A DNA stretch of 64,000 bases. It comes from Candidatus Margulisiibacteriota bacterium (GTDB lineage: Bacteria; Margulisbacteria; WOR-1; O2-12-FULL-45-9). The position numbers and the translations under genes were made by a program. The stretch lies in the NCBI GenBank assembly GCA_034723395.1, contig JAYEOW010000040.1, positions 8,424 to 72,423 on the forward strand. The letters run 5' to 3'. Below are positions 19,578-28,395 of this stretch, piece by piece. Position 1 is the stretch's first letter. Each line of letters begins with the position of its first letter. The notes under the pieces were generated by a model. The model was not told the origin of the DNA and did no database searches. It saw nothing but the letters and a program-made list of their open reading frames with translations.

Positions 19578-19710
19578 TATATTACCAGTAATAATATCAT
19601 AGGCGGGTTTGTTTATGAAATTGCGGAAAAGTTATGTGATGAATAATGAAGCAGAATATGCGGGTCGTGGAGCCCTCCCCAACATCAAAAAGCCCCTGAA
19701 AGTGTGCTTT

Positions 19711-20715
19711 TTATTCAATAAAACACAAAGCGGAGCGATTTAAATTATTTGGAATTTTATATGGATCCTTAAAAAGGACGCACTGGGCGTTATCTGGAGC
19801 AAAAAAGGTGTTGTGTAGTTCATAGGTCCTTTGCTTGCAGCCGCCAAGACATTTTTTATTGGCTTTACAGTAGTGACATTCACTAATATTATTTGAGGTT
19901 GATCTTCTTATTTCTTTCATGACCGGATGGTTTTTAAATATTTTTGTAAAATTATCTTTTCTTATATTTCCCATAACCTTATTTCTCATCGGCATGCAGG
20001 GGACGATATCGCCGTTAAACAATATCGCGATAAATTCATAGCCAACGCCGCATGCGGTTCCCCTTGCTCTAGATGTTATATCTAATCCTTCCGGTTCGGA
20101 TATTTTGTGCATACAATCTTTATAATCTTTTAGCTTGGGGTAGAGTTTTTTCCCCGCTTTTCCGCTGGGATTTATCAGGCTTATCCCGGCGGTAATATTG
20201 AAATGCTGGCAAAAATCGACAATATCCTGGATTTCTTTAACGTTATTTTTCATAACAATTGTTCTGACCACAACGTTAAAGCCTTGTTTTTTACATAGTA
20301 AAATCGCGTCTATTGCTTTTTTAAACGAACCCTTTTTGCCTCTGATAGCATCATGTGTTTTAGCATTAGCTCCGTCGAGGCTAATTTGAATGGTATCGAT
20401 GTTAATTTTTTTAAATCTTTCAATTGCCCGCTTATCAACTAGTGTGCCATTGGTCAAAAGATGGATTTGCAGCCCCTTCTGTGAAGCGTAGGCGGCAATT
20501 TTGTAAAAACGGGGATGTAAAAGAGGCTCTCCGCCGGATAAAATCACTTTTTTGGCCTTGTTCTTTGCTGTGGTGTCGAGAATATTAAATATTTCTTTTA
20601 AGGATAATTCTTTTGAAAATAAACTGCCATCCGCAAAGCAATGTATGCAATTTAAATTGCACCGTTTAGTTATTTCTAAATATAGCGAATCTAAATGCAA
20701 AAGATTATTGCTCAA
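19711..20715 (-). CDS. Radical SAM/SPASM domain protein
   Basis: CNLNCIHC, SGGEPLL, QISLDG; SPASM cysteines CGVG...GDIVPC...CHYC.....C.GGC...C. Confidence 0.93.
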   Translation of the reverse strand: MSNNLLHLDSLYLEITKRCNLNCIHCFADGSLFSKELSLKEIFNILDTTAKNKAKKVILSGGEPLLHPRFYKIAAYASQKGLQIHLLTNGTLVDKRAIERFKKINIDTIQISLDGANAKTHDAIRGKKGSFKKAIDAILLCKKQGFNVVVRTIVMKNNVKEIQDIVDFCQHFNITAGISLINPSGKAGKKLYPKLKDYKDCMHKISEPEGLDITSRARGTACGVGYEFIAILFNGDIVPCMPMRNKVMGNIRKDNFTKIFKNHPVMKEIRRSTSNNISECHYCKANKKCLGGCKQRTYELHNTFFAPDNAQCVLFKDPYKIPNNLNRSALCFIE

Positions 20716-20743
20716 GAGATTAGGTCTTTTTAGCTGGTCAATC

Positions 20744-20911
20744 CTAGTCGGCGATCATCCCAGGGAATATTTTCTTTCTTGTTCTCATTCCAGGAGAGGC
20801 CTTTAATTTTTTTATCTCTTTGAGAATTTTGGTTGTGCTTGAGGATACTTCGGTCCGGACCTCTTTTTTGATGAGTTTCTTTAAGTCTGATAATTTTAGG
20901 GTTTCTTTCAT
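20744..20911 (-). CDS. 55-aa Lys-rich peptide B (candidate SPASM substrate)
   Basis: Hand translation MKETLKLSDLKKLIKKEVRTEVSSSTTKILKEIKKLKASPGMRTRKKIFPGMIAD; SD AAGGGGG; TTGCTT-17-TATACT promoter; not in the ORF track. Confidence 0.7.
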   Translation of the reverse strand: MKETLKLSDLKKLIKKEVRTEVSSSTTKILKEIKKLKASPGMRTRKKIFPGMIAD

Positions 20912-21008
20912 GCTTAATAACCCCCTTTTTTTGTAGTATACATCAACCTTTCTTCCGAAGCAATACGTCTTTTTATTTTGTAGGATGTTTTATGATAACA
21001 TAAAAAAT

Positions 21009-21137
21009 GTGACAGCAATAAACAACCCCCAACAAAAACTCTGTTCCGACATCAAAAAGTTCCTGGATGTCTACAAGGTCCTTTCCGCCGACGGCAAAGC
21101 CCAGTTCGAAGCCCAGATGGCGGGAGAGGTTTATTAA
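21009..21137 (+). repeat. Copy 1: truncated 5' half of the 24120-24338 gene (42-aa ORF)
   Basis: GTG...NNPQQKLCSDIKKFLDVYKVLSADGKAQFEAQMAGEVY*. Confidence 0.9.
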
Positions 21138-21212
21138 CTTGACATTTTTGATGGCTTTTGTTAATGTACATCTGTCAAACAGGACAAAATTGTCTTATTT
21201 GGAGGATGATTT

Positions 21213-22013
21213 ATGCTTAAAGATGAGTTAACCGCTAAAGCGCATGAGGAGGGCCTGCCGCTAAAAATCCTTGAAAAAGAGGCTTTGCAAATTTACATTT
21301 TAAGCGAGTTGTTCGCTCTGCCGGAATCGACCCGGCTGACTTTCCAGGGCGGGACCTGCCTGCGCCTGGTCTATAACGGGGCGCGTTACTCAGAAGACCT
21401 GGATTTTGTAACCTCTGCTGACAACAATAATATCGATCAGATCATCAATAATTTGTCCAAAGCGCTTGTCCGGCTGGAGCCGCTCTTCGGCGGGGAAATT
21501 ATTACAAAAAAGCAAAAGGTATCTCCCACTTTTTGCCGCTTCAGAATTCATAACCGGAAAGAAAATATTCACGAATCTTTTTTTGTCAGCCTGGAATTTG
21601 GCCGGTATCCGGCTTATACCTTAAATGTCGTTCCCTTGCGTCCGCAAAAAAAGCTTCCGGGATTGCCGCTGACCCTGGTCCGAGCGGAAAAGCCCGAAGA
21701 GATCCTGGCCGACAAATTGTGCGCTATTGCCGGCCGGCCCTTTTGCAAAGGGCGCGATTATTTTGATCTTTGGCTGTTAAAGCAGCAGGGGATTACGCTT
21801 GACACAAACTTGCTGGGGAAAAAGCTTAAAGATTATTCTATCCCCGCGGATAACCTGGCTCGCGGACTTAACCTTGCTTCAGCCAAAAGCATTAAAAATG
21901 AGATGGAAAGATTTTTGCCGTTAAAATACCGGCGCCAGTTCGAAAACGACGGCTATGCCGGCCTGCTGCAACAAGCCCGGTCAATCATTGAAGAGGGGCT
22001 GCAAGCGCTATGA
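21213..22013 (+). CDS. abiEii: AbiEii-family nucleotidyltransferase toxin (type IV TA)
   Basis: FQGGTCLRLVY...RYSEDLDF, EILADKL.A, KGRDYFDLW. Confidence 0.92.
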   Translation: MLKDELTAKAHEEGLPLKILEKEALQIYILSELFALPESTRLTFQGGTCLRLVYNGARYSEDLDFVTSADNNNIDQIINNLSKALVRLEPLFGGEIITKKQKVSPTFCRFRIHNRKENIHESFFVSLEFGRYPAYTLNVVPLRPQKKLPGLPLTLVRAEKPEEILADKLCAIAGRPFCKGRDYFDLWLLKQQGITLDTNLLGKKLKDYSIPADNLARGLNLASAKSIKNEMERFLPLKYRRQFENDGYAGLLQQARSIIEEGLQAL

Positions 22014-22603
22014 AAAAATATTTTACCTTCTCCTCCTGGCTGACGCTCCTGCAAAAACTGGGCAGGGAAAATCAAAAGATCCTCTCCCCCCGGACCCTGC
22101 AAAGGGCCAGCGGATTGGGCAGCCAGGCGATCTCAAAAGCCATTCAGCGCCTGGTCCGGCGCGGGGACCTGATCAAACTTTATAAAGGGGCCTACGCCAA
22201 TAAATATTCTCCGCCTTCGCTTGAAGAAGTGGCCATGTTTTACGGCAAGCCCTGTTATATTTCTTTTGAGAGCGCGCTGGAAGATCGGGGCATTATCTCG
22301 CAGGCGCCGCAGGTGCTTACCTGCGCGGCCACGCGCAAGCTAAAAAAATTAAAGACGCCGCTGGGTGAGATCGTATTCCATAGGATCCACCCGCGCTTAT
22401 TTAGTAGTTTCGAAAATGATAAGGGGATTCTCCGCGCCACCGCCGAGAAGGCTTTTCTGGATTATTTATATATCAATCTCAAAAATGAAAAACAGATCCC
22501 TGCGCTGGACGAGTTTGACATGGGGCAATTAGATAACAAGAAGACTAAAAAGCTGGCAAAGATCTTTCCCCAAAGCGTCAGGCGCCGCCTACTTTTGGTC
22601 TAA
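22010..22603 (+). CDS. AbiEi-like antitoxin / transcriptional regulator
   Basis: N-terminal HTH-like region, L.KG.Y, YISFESAL...GII.Q, ATAEKAFLDYLY; ATGA-coupled to the toxin. Confidence 0.85.
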   Translation: MKKYFTFSSWLTLLQKLGRENQKILSPRTLQRASGLGSQAISKAIQRLVRRGDLIKLYKGAYANKYSPPSLEEVAMFYGKPCYISFESALEDRGIISQAPQVLTCAATRKLKKLKTPLGEIVFHRIHPRLFSSFENDKGILRATAEKAFLDYLYINLKNEKQIPALDEFDMGQLDNKKTKKLAKIFPQSVRRRLLLV

Positions 22604-22631
22604 CGGCTCATTTTATGCTAAAATTCAACCG

Positions 22632-22793
22632 ATGACTGAGCAAAACCCGCAAGAAAAACTTCTAAACGATGTAAAACACTTCCTCGAGGTCTACAAAGTC
22701 CTTTCCCCCGATGGCAAAGCCCAATTCGAAGGCCAAATGGCCGGGTCGGTTTATGCTATTAAAATGTTCATTGACAATGAAGACTATATATGA
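22632..22793 (+). repeat. Copy 2: truncated 5' half of the 24120-24338 gene (53-aa ORF; homology ends near 22750)
   Basis: MTEQNPQEKLLNDVKHFLEVYKVLSPDGKAQFEGQMAGSVY then an unrelated tail. Confidence 0.9.
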
Positions 22794-22827
22794 TAAGTTT
22801 TCATTAGCAGTGAATGGAGGTGGATTT

Positions 22828-24096
22828 ATGGATAGAGCATTATTAAAAGAGATAGTTTTAGAGCAACGGGAAGTTATAAAAAATAAGGATCTGGGGATAG
22901 AAAGGGAAAAGCTTGATTTAATTGAAGGATCTATAAAGCTTCCACACGCTATCGTTATTTCCGGGATCAGGCGCGTGGGGAAGTCAACCCTGCTTGCCCA
23001 AATTATGAGTAAATTCTATAAATATGATGCTTATTATCTTAACTTTGAGGATGAGCGTTTAATGGACTTTAAGGTTTCGGATTTTAATACCCTTTATGAG
23101 ATATTTGTGGAGCTTTTTGGGGAAAAACAGGTTTTTTTCTTTGATGAAATTCAAAATGTGAAGGAGTGGGAGGCGTTTGTCCGGCGTATGTATGACCGGA
23201 AATTTAAGTTTTTTATTACCGGCTCAAATGCCTCGCTTTTAAGTAAAGAACTGGGGACTAAATTGACGGGAAGATTTGTGCCGGTCGAGCTTTTTCCCTT
23301 TTCGTTCAGGGAATATATGAGATTTAAAAAATATTCTTTACCTGATAAGGCTCTCATGCTTACTAAAGAAAGAGGAAAGATAAAACGCTTTTTTAATGGA
23401 TACTTAAAAGAGGGGGGGATGCCGGAATATCTAAAATATAAGGACCTGGATATTTTAAGGAGAATTTATGATGATATATTATATCGTGATGTTGTTGCCA
23501 GATATAGGATTAAGGAGATAAAAAATCTCAGGGAAATGTCCCTTTATTTTTTGAGTAATCTTTCTGCTTTGTTTTCTTATAATAAACTTAAACAGTATCT
23601 TAATTTGGGGAGCATAAATACAGTAAAGAGTTTTGCTGAGTATCTTCAAAATACCTATATTCTTTTTGTGATAAATATTTTTTCCTTTTCTTTAAAACAA
23701 CAGTTTATTGCGCCAAAGAAAATATATTGTGTGGATAATGCCCTGGCGAACGCAATTGCCTTTAAATTTTCGGAAAATAGGGGTAAGTTTTTGGAAAATG
23801 TTGTATTTGTAGAGCTTAAGAGAAGGGGCTCTGAAATTTATTATCATAAAACTGCTAAAGGACTTGAGGTTGATTTTCTGGTAAAAAAGGGAAGAAAGGT
23901 TGAGAAGCTAATTCAGGTAACCCTGGGGATGGGGAAAACCGGCGTTAAGGAGCGGGAATTAAACGCGCTTCTTTCGGCGTTGGAAGAACTTGATGTGAAA
24001 GAGGGGATGATTTTGACGGAAGAAGAGGAAAAAGAAATTAAATTAGGCGGAAAGAAGATAACTGTTAAGCCGGTATATAAATGGCTGTTAGAGTAA
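22828..24096 (+). CDS. AAA+ ATPase (AAA_14) with DUF4143/nuclease-like C-terminus
   Basis: SD GGAGGT and ATG 22828; GIRRVGKST, FFDEIQ, TGSNASLL, GGMPE, KKIY.VD, EN.V, EVDF, IQV; AT-rich. Confidence 0.9.
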   Translation: MDRALLKEIVLEQREVIKNKDLGIEREKLDLIEGSIKLPHAIVISGIRRVGKSTLLAQIMSKFYKYDAYYLNFEDERLMDFKVSDFNTLYEIFVELFGEKQVFFFDEIQNVKEWEAFVRRMYDRKFKFFITGSNASLLSKELGTKLTGRFVPVELFPFSFREYMRFKKYSLPDKALMLTKERGKIKRFFNGYLKEGGMPEYLKYKDLDILRRIYDDILYRDVVARYRIKEIKNLREMSLYFLSNLSALFSYNKLKQYLNLGSINTVKSFAEYLQNTYILFVINIFSFSLKQQFIAPKKIYCVDNALANAIAFKFSENRGKFLENVVFVELKRRGSEIYYHKTAKGLEVDFLVKKGRKVEKLIQVTLGMGKTGVKERELNALLSALEELDVKEGMILTEEEEKEIKLGGKKITVKPVYKWLLE

Positions 24097-24119
24097 GTAT
24101 TATAGGGGAAGATAGTATA

Positions 24120-24338
24120 ATGAATAACCCACAACAAAGACTTTTAAACGATGTAAAAAAGTTCTTAGAGGTCTACAAAGTTCTCTCTCCGGATGGCAAA
24201 GCGCAATTCGAAGGCCAGATGGCGGGATCAATAAAGGACCAGGACGATAAGACCAGGAAGTTATATCATGCTCTTCTGCAAGCGGCCAAAGACGGCAAAG
24301 ATGTAGAAGCTGCTATCCAGGAGATGGGGAAGGGCTAA
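24120..24338 (+). CDS. 72-aa hypothetical protein, the complete copy (copy 3) of the repeated gene
   Basis: MNNPQQRLLNDVKKFLEVYKVLSPDGKAQFEGQMAGSIKDQDDKTRKLYHALLQAAKDG...; converges on parB. Confidence 0.85.
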   Translation: MNNPQQRLLNDVKKFLEVYKVLSPDGKAQFEGQMAGSIKDQDDKTRKLYHALLQAAKDGKDVEAAIQEMGKG

Positions 24339-25225
24339 ACCCGGGATAACGTCTTTTTCCCGCGGAAGATAATTTCTAGTACCCGTTCGAGGTCCTCTTT
24401 GCTGAAGTAATTGATCTCGATCCGCCCTTTTTGCGGAGTCCCCAGTATTTTTACTTTTGTTCCGAGAAATGTTGTTAATCTTTCAACCAGGGCGTTTAAT
24501 TCCGCATTTTTTGTAAAAGCGCGTTTGCGTCCGCCTTTCCTGGCTTTTTGTTTTTCACTTTTTCCAGAAACTAAAATTTCCACGTCGCGAACATTTAATT
24601 TGCTGGAGATGATCTGTTTCCAGGCTTCAAGCTGTTTTAGCTGGTCAGAAATCGCCAAAAGCGCCCGCGCGTGCCCAACACTAATTTCTTCTTTGCGGAG
24701 ACTTTGTTTGATCTTATCCGGTAAAGTAAGGACGCGAAGCATATTGGTAACGGTGGACCTGTTCTTCCCCACCTTTTTAGCGACTTGTTCCTGAGTGATC
24801 TTAAATTCTTTGATCAGGAGGGCGTAACCCTCGGCTTCATCCATCGGATTGAGGTCTTCGCGCTGGAGATTTTCGATCAAGGCGATCTCGAGCGATTGCT
24901 CGTCGGTAAAATCCTTTATGATTGACGGGACCAGGGTGAGCCCGGCAAGTTTAGCCGCTCTCCACCTGCGTTCACCGGCGACCAGTTCGTATCTCCCTGC
25001 CCGCATCCGGGTCAGGATCGGTTCGATCACTCCCTGCTCTTTGATCGAATCCGAAAGTTCTTTTAATGCATCCTTGGGAAATTCGGTCCTTGGCTGACGC
25101 GGATTTGGATATATTTTACCGATATCGATATTTACGATCGTCCTCCCGCCGGCAAAGATCGCCTTCTTTGGGATCAGCGCGCTCAATCCTTTACCCAAAC
25201 CTCTTTTTTTAGAATTGTCCATCAT
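24335..25225 (-). CDS. parB: Chromosome partitioning protein ParB
   Basis: GLGKGLSALI, NPRQPR, AGERRWRA, ENLQREDLNP, HTH. Confidence 0.97.
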   Translation of the reverse strand: MMDNSKKRGLGKGLSALIPKKAIFAGGRTIVNIDIGKIYPNPRQPRTEFPKDALKELSDSIKEQGVIEPILTRMRAGRYELVAGERRWRAAKLAGLTLVPSIIKDFTDEQSLEIALIENLQREDLNPMDEAEGYALLIKEFKITQEQVAKKVGKNRSTVTNMLRVLTLPDKIKQSLRKEEISVGHARALLAISDQLKQLEAWKQIISSKLNVRDVEILVSGKSEKQKARKGGRKRAFTKNAELNALVERLTTFLGTKVKILGTPQKGRIEINYFSKEDLERVLEIIFRGKKTLSRV

Positions 25226-25976
25226 CTAATACCTCCCGACAAAGATTTTCGTAGGCCTGCGCCCCTTTTGATCCCGGATCATAAAAGATAATTGGCTGGC
25301 CAAAACTGGGCGCCTCGGCCAAGCGGATATTTCTCGGAATAACTGATTTAAAAACCTTGCTGCCAAAATATTTACGGGTCTCTTCGGCAACTTGGGCAGA
25401 AAGTAAGGTTCTCGGATCGTACATGGTAAGAACAATCCCGCGGATCTTTAGCCCGGGATTCAACCCTTCCCGGACCAATTCTAAGGTATGGGTTAACTGG
25501 CTAATTCCCTCGAGTGCGTAGTATTCGCACTGGATCGGGATAATAACTTCATCTGCCGCAGTCAGGGAATTTACGGTCAGAAGCGATAGCGAAGGAGGGC
25601 AATCGATAATAACTATATCATAATCATCTTTAACTGATGCTAAAGCATCTTTTAAGCGGGTCTCTCGCGGCTCCATGTTTATAAGTTCAACCTCTGCTCC
25701 GGCGAGTTGCGGAGTAGAAGGGAGAGAATCTAAATTTGCGATCGGGCTTTTGATAATTACATCCTTGGCGGGAACGCTGCTGATCAATACATCATACAGG
25801 CACTGTTTAATGGTTGAACGGTCGATGCCTATGCCTACTGTGGCATTACTTTGCGGATCAAAATCGACCAGTAAGATCTTCTTGCCGAAAGTTGCTAAGT
25901 AAGATGCCAGATTTACGGTGGTGGTGGTCTTTCCGACTCCGCCTTTTTGGTTTACGATCGCGTAGGAGATGCCCAT
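25209..25976 (-). CDS. parA: ParA/Soj ATPase
   Basis: NQKGGVGKTTT, DPQSN, IDCPPSL, QCEYYALEG, EAPSFG. Confidence 0.97.
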   Translation of the reverse strand: MGISYAIVNQKGGVGKTTTTVNLASYLATFGKKILLVDFDPQSNATVGIGIDRSTIKQCLYDVLISSVPAKDVIIKSPIANLDSLPSTPQLAGAEVELINMEPRETRLKDALASVKDDYDIVIIDCPPSLSLLTVNSLTAADEVIIPIQCEYYALEGISQLTHTLELVREGLNPGLKIRGIVLTMYDPRTLLSAQVAEETRKYFGSKVFKSVIPRNIRLAEAPSFGQPIIFYDPGSKGAQAYENLCREVLDDGQF

Positions 25977-25991
25977 TGCCCGCTTATTATA

Positions 25992-26630
25992 TCATAGCGG
26001 TCTTTTTTTGGCCATTCCGGGGTGGCGGGGGTATTTTTCGGGAGTAGGGGATATTTTTTCGATAATAATTAGTGAGCGGATGATCTCTGAATCTGGTAGT
26101 TTTACTTTTTTCATCTCTTTTATTTTTCCACCAAGAATTTTGATTGCGTTCTCCGCTGATTGAATCTCGTCTTCGATCTTTTCTTCCTTGTAAGCGACAA
26201 AAATCCCTCCAACTTTTACAAAGGGGAGGCATAGCTCGGAAAGGACGTTTAATTTCGCGACTGCGCGGGAGAGGGAGATATCATATTGCTCCCGTTTATC
26301 TTTAACAATTTCCTCAGCTCTTCCCCAGATGATTTCCACATCTTTTAAGTTTAATGTTGAAACAACATGCCTTAGAAATTCAACTTTCTTGCGGGTCGCT
26401 TCAACTAAGGCCAACTGAATTTGAGGGAATGTTATTTTTAAAGGGATGCCTGGGAAACCAGCCCCGGCGCCAATATCGATGATAGATTGGTCTGTGAGGT
26501 TGACTACTTGAGAAATAGAGAGTGAATCTTCAAAATGTTTTAGCTTTATTTCGTCCGGTTTGGTGATGGAGGTAAGATTAAACTTCCTGTTCCACTTCAG
26601 AAGCTCTTTGAGATAGACTTCAAACATCAA
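25992..26630 (-). CDS. rsmG: 16S rRNA m7G methyltransferase
   Basis: NLTSI, HFEDS, DIGAGAGFPG, SRAVA; synteny with parAB. Confidence 0.96.
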   Translation of the reverse strand: MMFEVYLKELLKWNRKFNLTSITKPDEIKLKHFEDSLSISQVVNLTDQSIIDIGAGAGFPGIPLKITFPQIQLALVEATRKKVEFLRHVVSTLNLKDVEIIWGRAEEIVKDKREQYDISLSRAVAKLNVLSELCLPFVKVGGIFVAYKEEKIEDEIQSAENAIKILGGKIKEMKKVKLPDSEIIRSLIIIEKISPTPEKYPRHPGMAKKRPL

Positions 26631-28378
26631 AAGGCCTGGCCGATAGAAAAGTGCATTATTCCTTCGCCAAAGGCTTTGCCGCTAGGCACGCCCCAGTCCA
26701 AGCGGATCGGGCCGAGGGGGGTATTAATGCGGACCCCGGGTCCCCAGCCGGAGATAAAATCTGCCGGAACGGGGGCTCCCTCATTCCATGCATTTCCCCA
26801 ATCATAGAAAAATACTCCTTGGAAGAGTTCTGAGAAATTAAGCCGGTATTCGGCGTTAAAGATCAGTTTCCTGGTCCCGCGCCTCGCCTCAGAAGGATAA
26901 TATCCTCGTACTGTATTTGCTCCCCCTGCCCAATACTCTTCGCCGATCGGCACATCGCCAAAGCCGATGCCGGAGCCAATGTGTGTCGCAAAGACCTGAT
27001 TGGACTGCACGGGATAGTAGTGGTTGACATCGCCGCCGATCTTGAAGAAGGTGGTGGTCCCGCTGGAGTGTTTCCATCCCTGTTTTAGGGAGAGGGAATA
27101 GAACCGGCCCTTGGTCGGATTGAGCCAGAAATCGCGGGTATCGTAAGACAGGGTGAGCCCGACAGTGTCGGACTGGTACGATTCAAATGTGGAGCTTCCG
27201 TGGGGGGAGACGACTTCGCTCCCCAGAGACCAGGCGATCTTGTAATCATCATACAATGGTTTTCCAACCGACATATCCCAACCGTTGTAGCGAGCGTCTT
27301 GCTCGGTTAGATAAATATCCCTTCCAATTGTTAACCACCTTCTAAAGGTAAAAGAGGTGTGGTCGCCAAATCTTTCCGGCATGAGCCATGGATTGGTATA
27401 TTTAAACTGGTAAGTCGATAGTTCCTGCCCGGATTGCCCGCGGATCATTATCCCCTGGCCGCTCCCCATTAGGTTGTTTAGTGAGAGGTCGATAAAGCCA
27501 AACCATCCCTCGGCCTCGCCGTAACCGCCGCCAAAATTTATGGTGCTGGTGCGGGTCTCTTTAATATCTAATACAATAACTACTTTATCTGTCGTGCTCC
27601 CGGCTTCAAATTTTGGGTTTACCTCGGAAAAGAATCCGAGATTAAATACACGGCGGAGATCGTTTTTAAATTTTGTTTCGTTAAAAACCGTCCCCGGCTG
27701 GGTCTTTAGTTCACGGATAATTACGTAATCCTTGGTATTATCATTTCCCTCCAGCCCGATCGATTCGACAATTCCTTCGATGATTTTGATGGTAAGTGTA
27801 TTATTGATCTCATCAGTTTCCACATCGATCACGCGGGCCAGAATGTAGCCGTTATCCTTGTAGCGTGAGTTTATCTTGGCGATATCCTCCTGGAGGGTCT
27901 TAAAATTCAGGGTTTTGCCCGTTCTGCTTTTTATAAGCGAGAGAAGATCTTGGGAGGTATAAACCGTGTTTCCATCGAAAACGATCTTTTCGATCTTTGG
28001 GTTTTCCTCAACGATAAAAGTCACAACCGTTCCGCCCGCTTCCGATTCGAAGGTGGCGGTTACATCTTTGAAAAATCCCAGGCCATAAACCGCTTTAATA
28101 TCGCTTTGGACCTTTTTTTCGTAAAGGCTGTCACCGATCCGGCTGAAGATAACGTCCATTATTTCCTGGTCCGGCACGTTCTGGTTCCCTTTAATATTTA
28201 CCCCGGTAATGATGGGGGAAACCTCGACCGTATCGTCTTGCGCGAATGCTGAAAAACTAAAAAGAAGGAAAAACAATGCTAAGAAGATTGGAAGGAACCT
28301 GAGACTAAAAGTTTCGGTTCCTTTTCTTTTAAAACCGCGAATTTTATTCGCAGGCTTTAAGGATTTTAATATTTTCAT
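26627..28378 (-). CDS. Omp85 (BamA/TamA) family outer-membrane protein
   Basis: POTRA-like repeats, VRGY motif, TPLGPIRLDW, terminal F. Confidence 0.92.
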   Translation of the reverse strand: MKILKSLKPANKIRGFKRKGTETFSLRFLPIFLALFFLLFSFSAFAQDDTVEVSPIITGVNIKGNQNVPDQEIMDVIFSRIGDSLYEKKVQSDIKAVYGLGFFKDVTATFESEAGGTVVTFIVEENPKIEKIVFDGNTVYTSQDLLSLIKSRTGKTLNFKTLQEDIAKINSRYKDNGYILARVIDVETDEINNTLTIKIIEGIVESIGLEGNDNTKDYVIIRELKTQPGTVFNETKFKNDLRRVFNLGFFSEVNPKFEAGSTTDKVVIVLDIKETRTSTINFGGGYGEAEGWFGFIDLSLNNLMGSGQGIMIRGQSGQELSTYQFKYTNPWLMPERFGDHTSFTFRRWLTIGRDIYLTEQDARYNGWDMSVGKPLYDDYKIAWSLGSEVVSPHGSSTFESYQSDTVGLTLSYDTRDFWLNPTKGRFYSLSLKQGWKHSSGTTTFFKIGGDVNHYYPVQSNQVFATHIGSGIGFGDVPIGEEYWAGGANTVRGYYPSEARRGTRKLIFNAEYRLNFSELFQGVFFYDWGNAWNEGAPVPADFISGWGPGVRINTPLGPIRLDWGVPSGKAFGEGIMHFSIGQAF

Positions 28379-28395
28379 AAGTTACTACCCCTTTC

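Noticed and set aside
19578..19710. Possible riboswitch upstream of the B12-like chimeric ORF
   Set aside because: No cobalamin or SAM riboswitch consensus could be recognised by eye; an Rfam/Infernal scan would settle it.
22596..22624. dif/XerD-like arm TTATGCTAAAA before copy 2 (and TTATGATAACA before copy 1)
   Set aside because: No XerC-like arm at 6-bp spacing; better explained as extended -10 elements.
22711..22827. ORF-track N-terminal extension of the AAA ATPase (MAKPNSKAKWPGRF...)
   Set aside because: It is an off-frame reading of repeat copy 2; the SD-led ATG is at 22828.
24081..24119. ORF-track start of the small gene at 24081
   Set aside because: It overlaps the ATPase end; homology with copies 1 and 2 and a GGGG SD support ATG 24120.
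21009..24230. Repeats read as a CRISPR array or classical integron attC sites
   Set aside because: They are ~110-bp protein-coding segments more than 1.4 kb apart, with no recognisable attC hairpin or RYYYAAC/GTTRRRY pair; no cas or intI gene is seen.
21009..24338. Diversity-generating retroelement TR/VR pair
   Set aside because: Differences are mostly synonymous and not adenine-specific; no reverse transcriptase is in the window.
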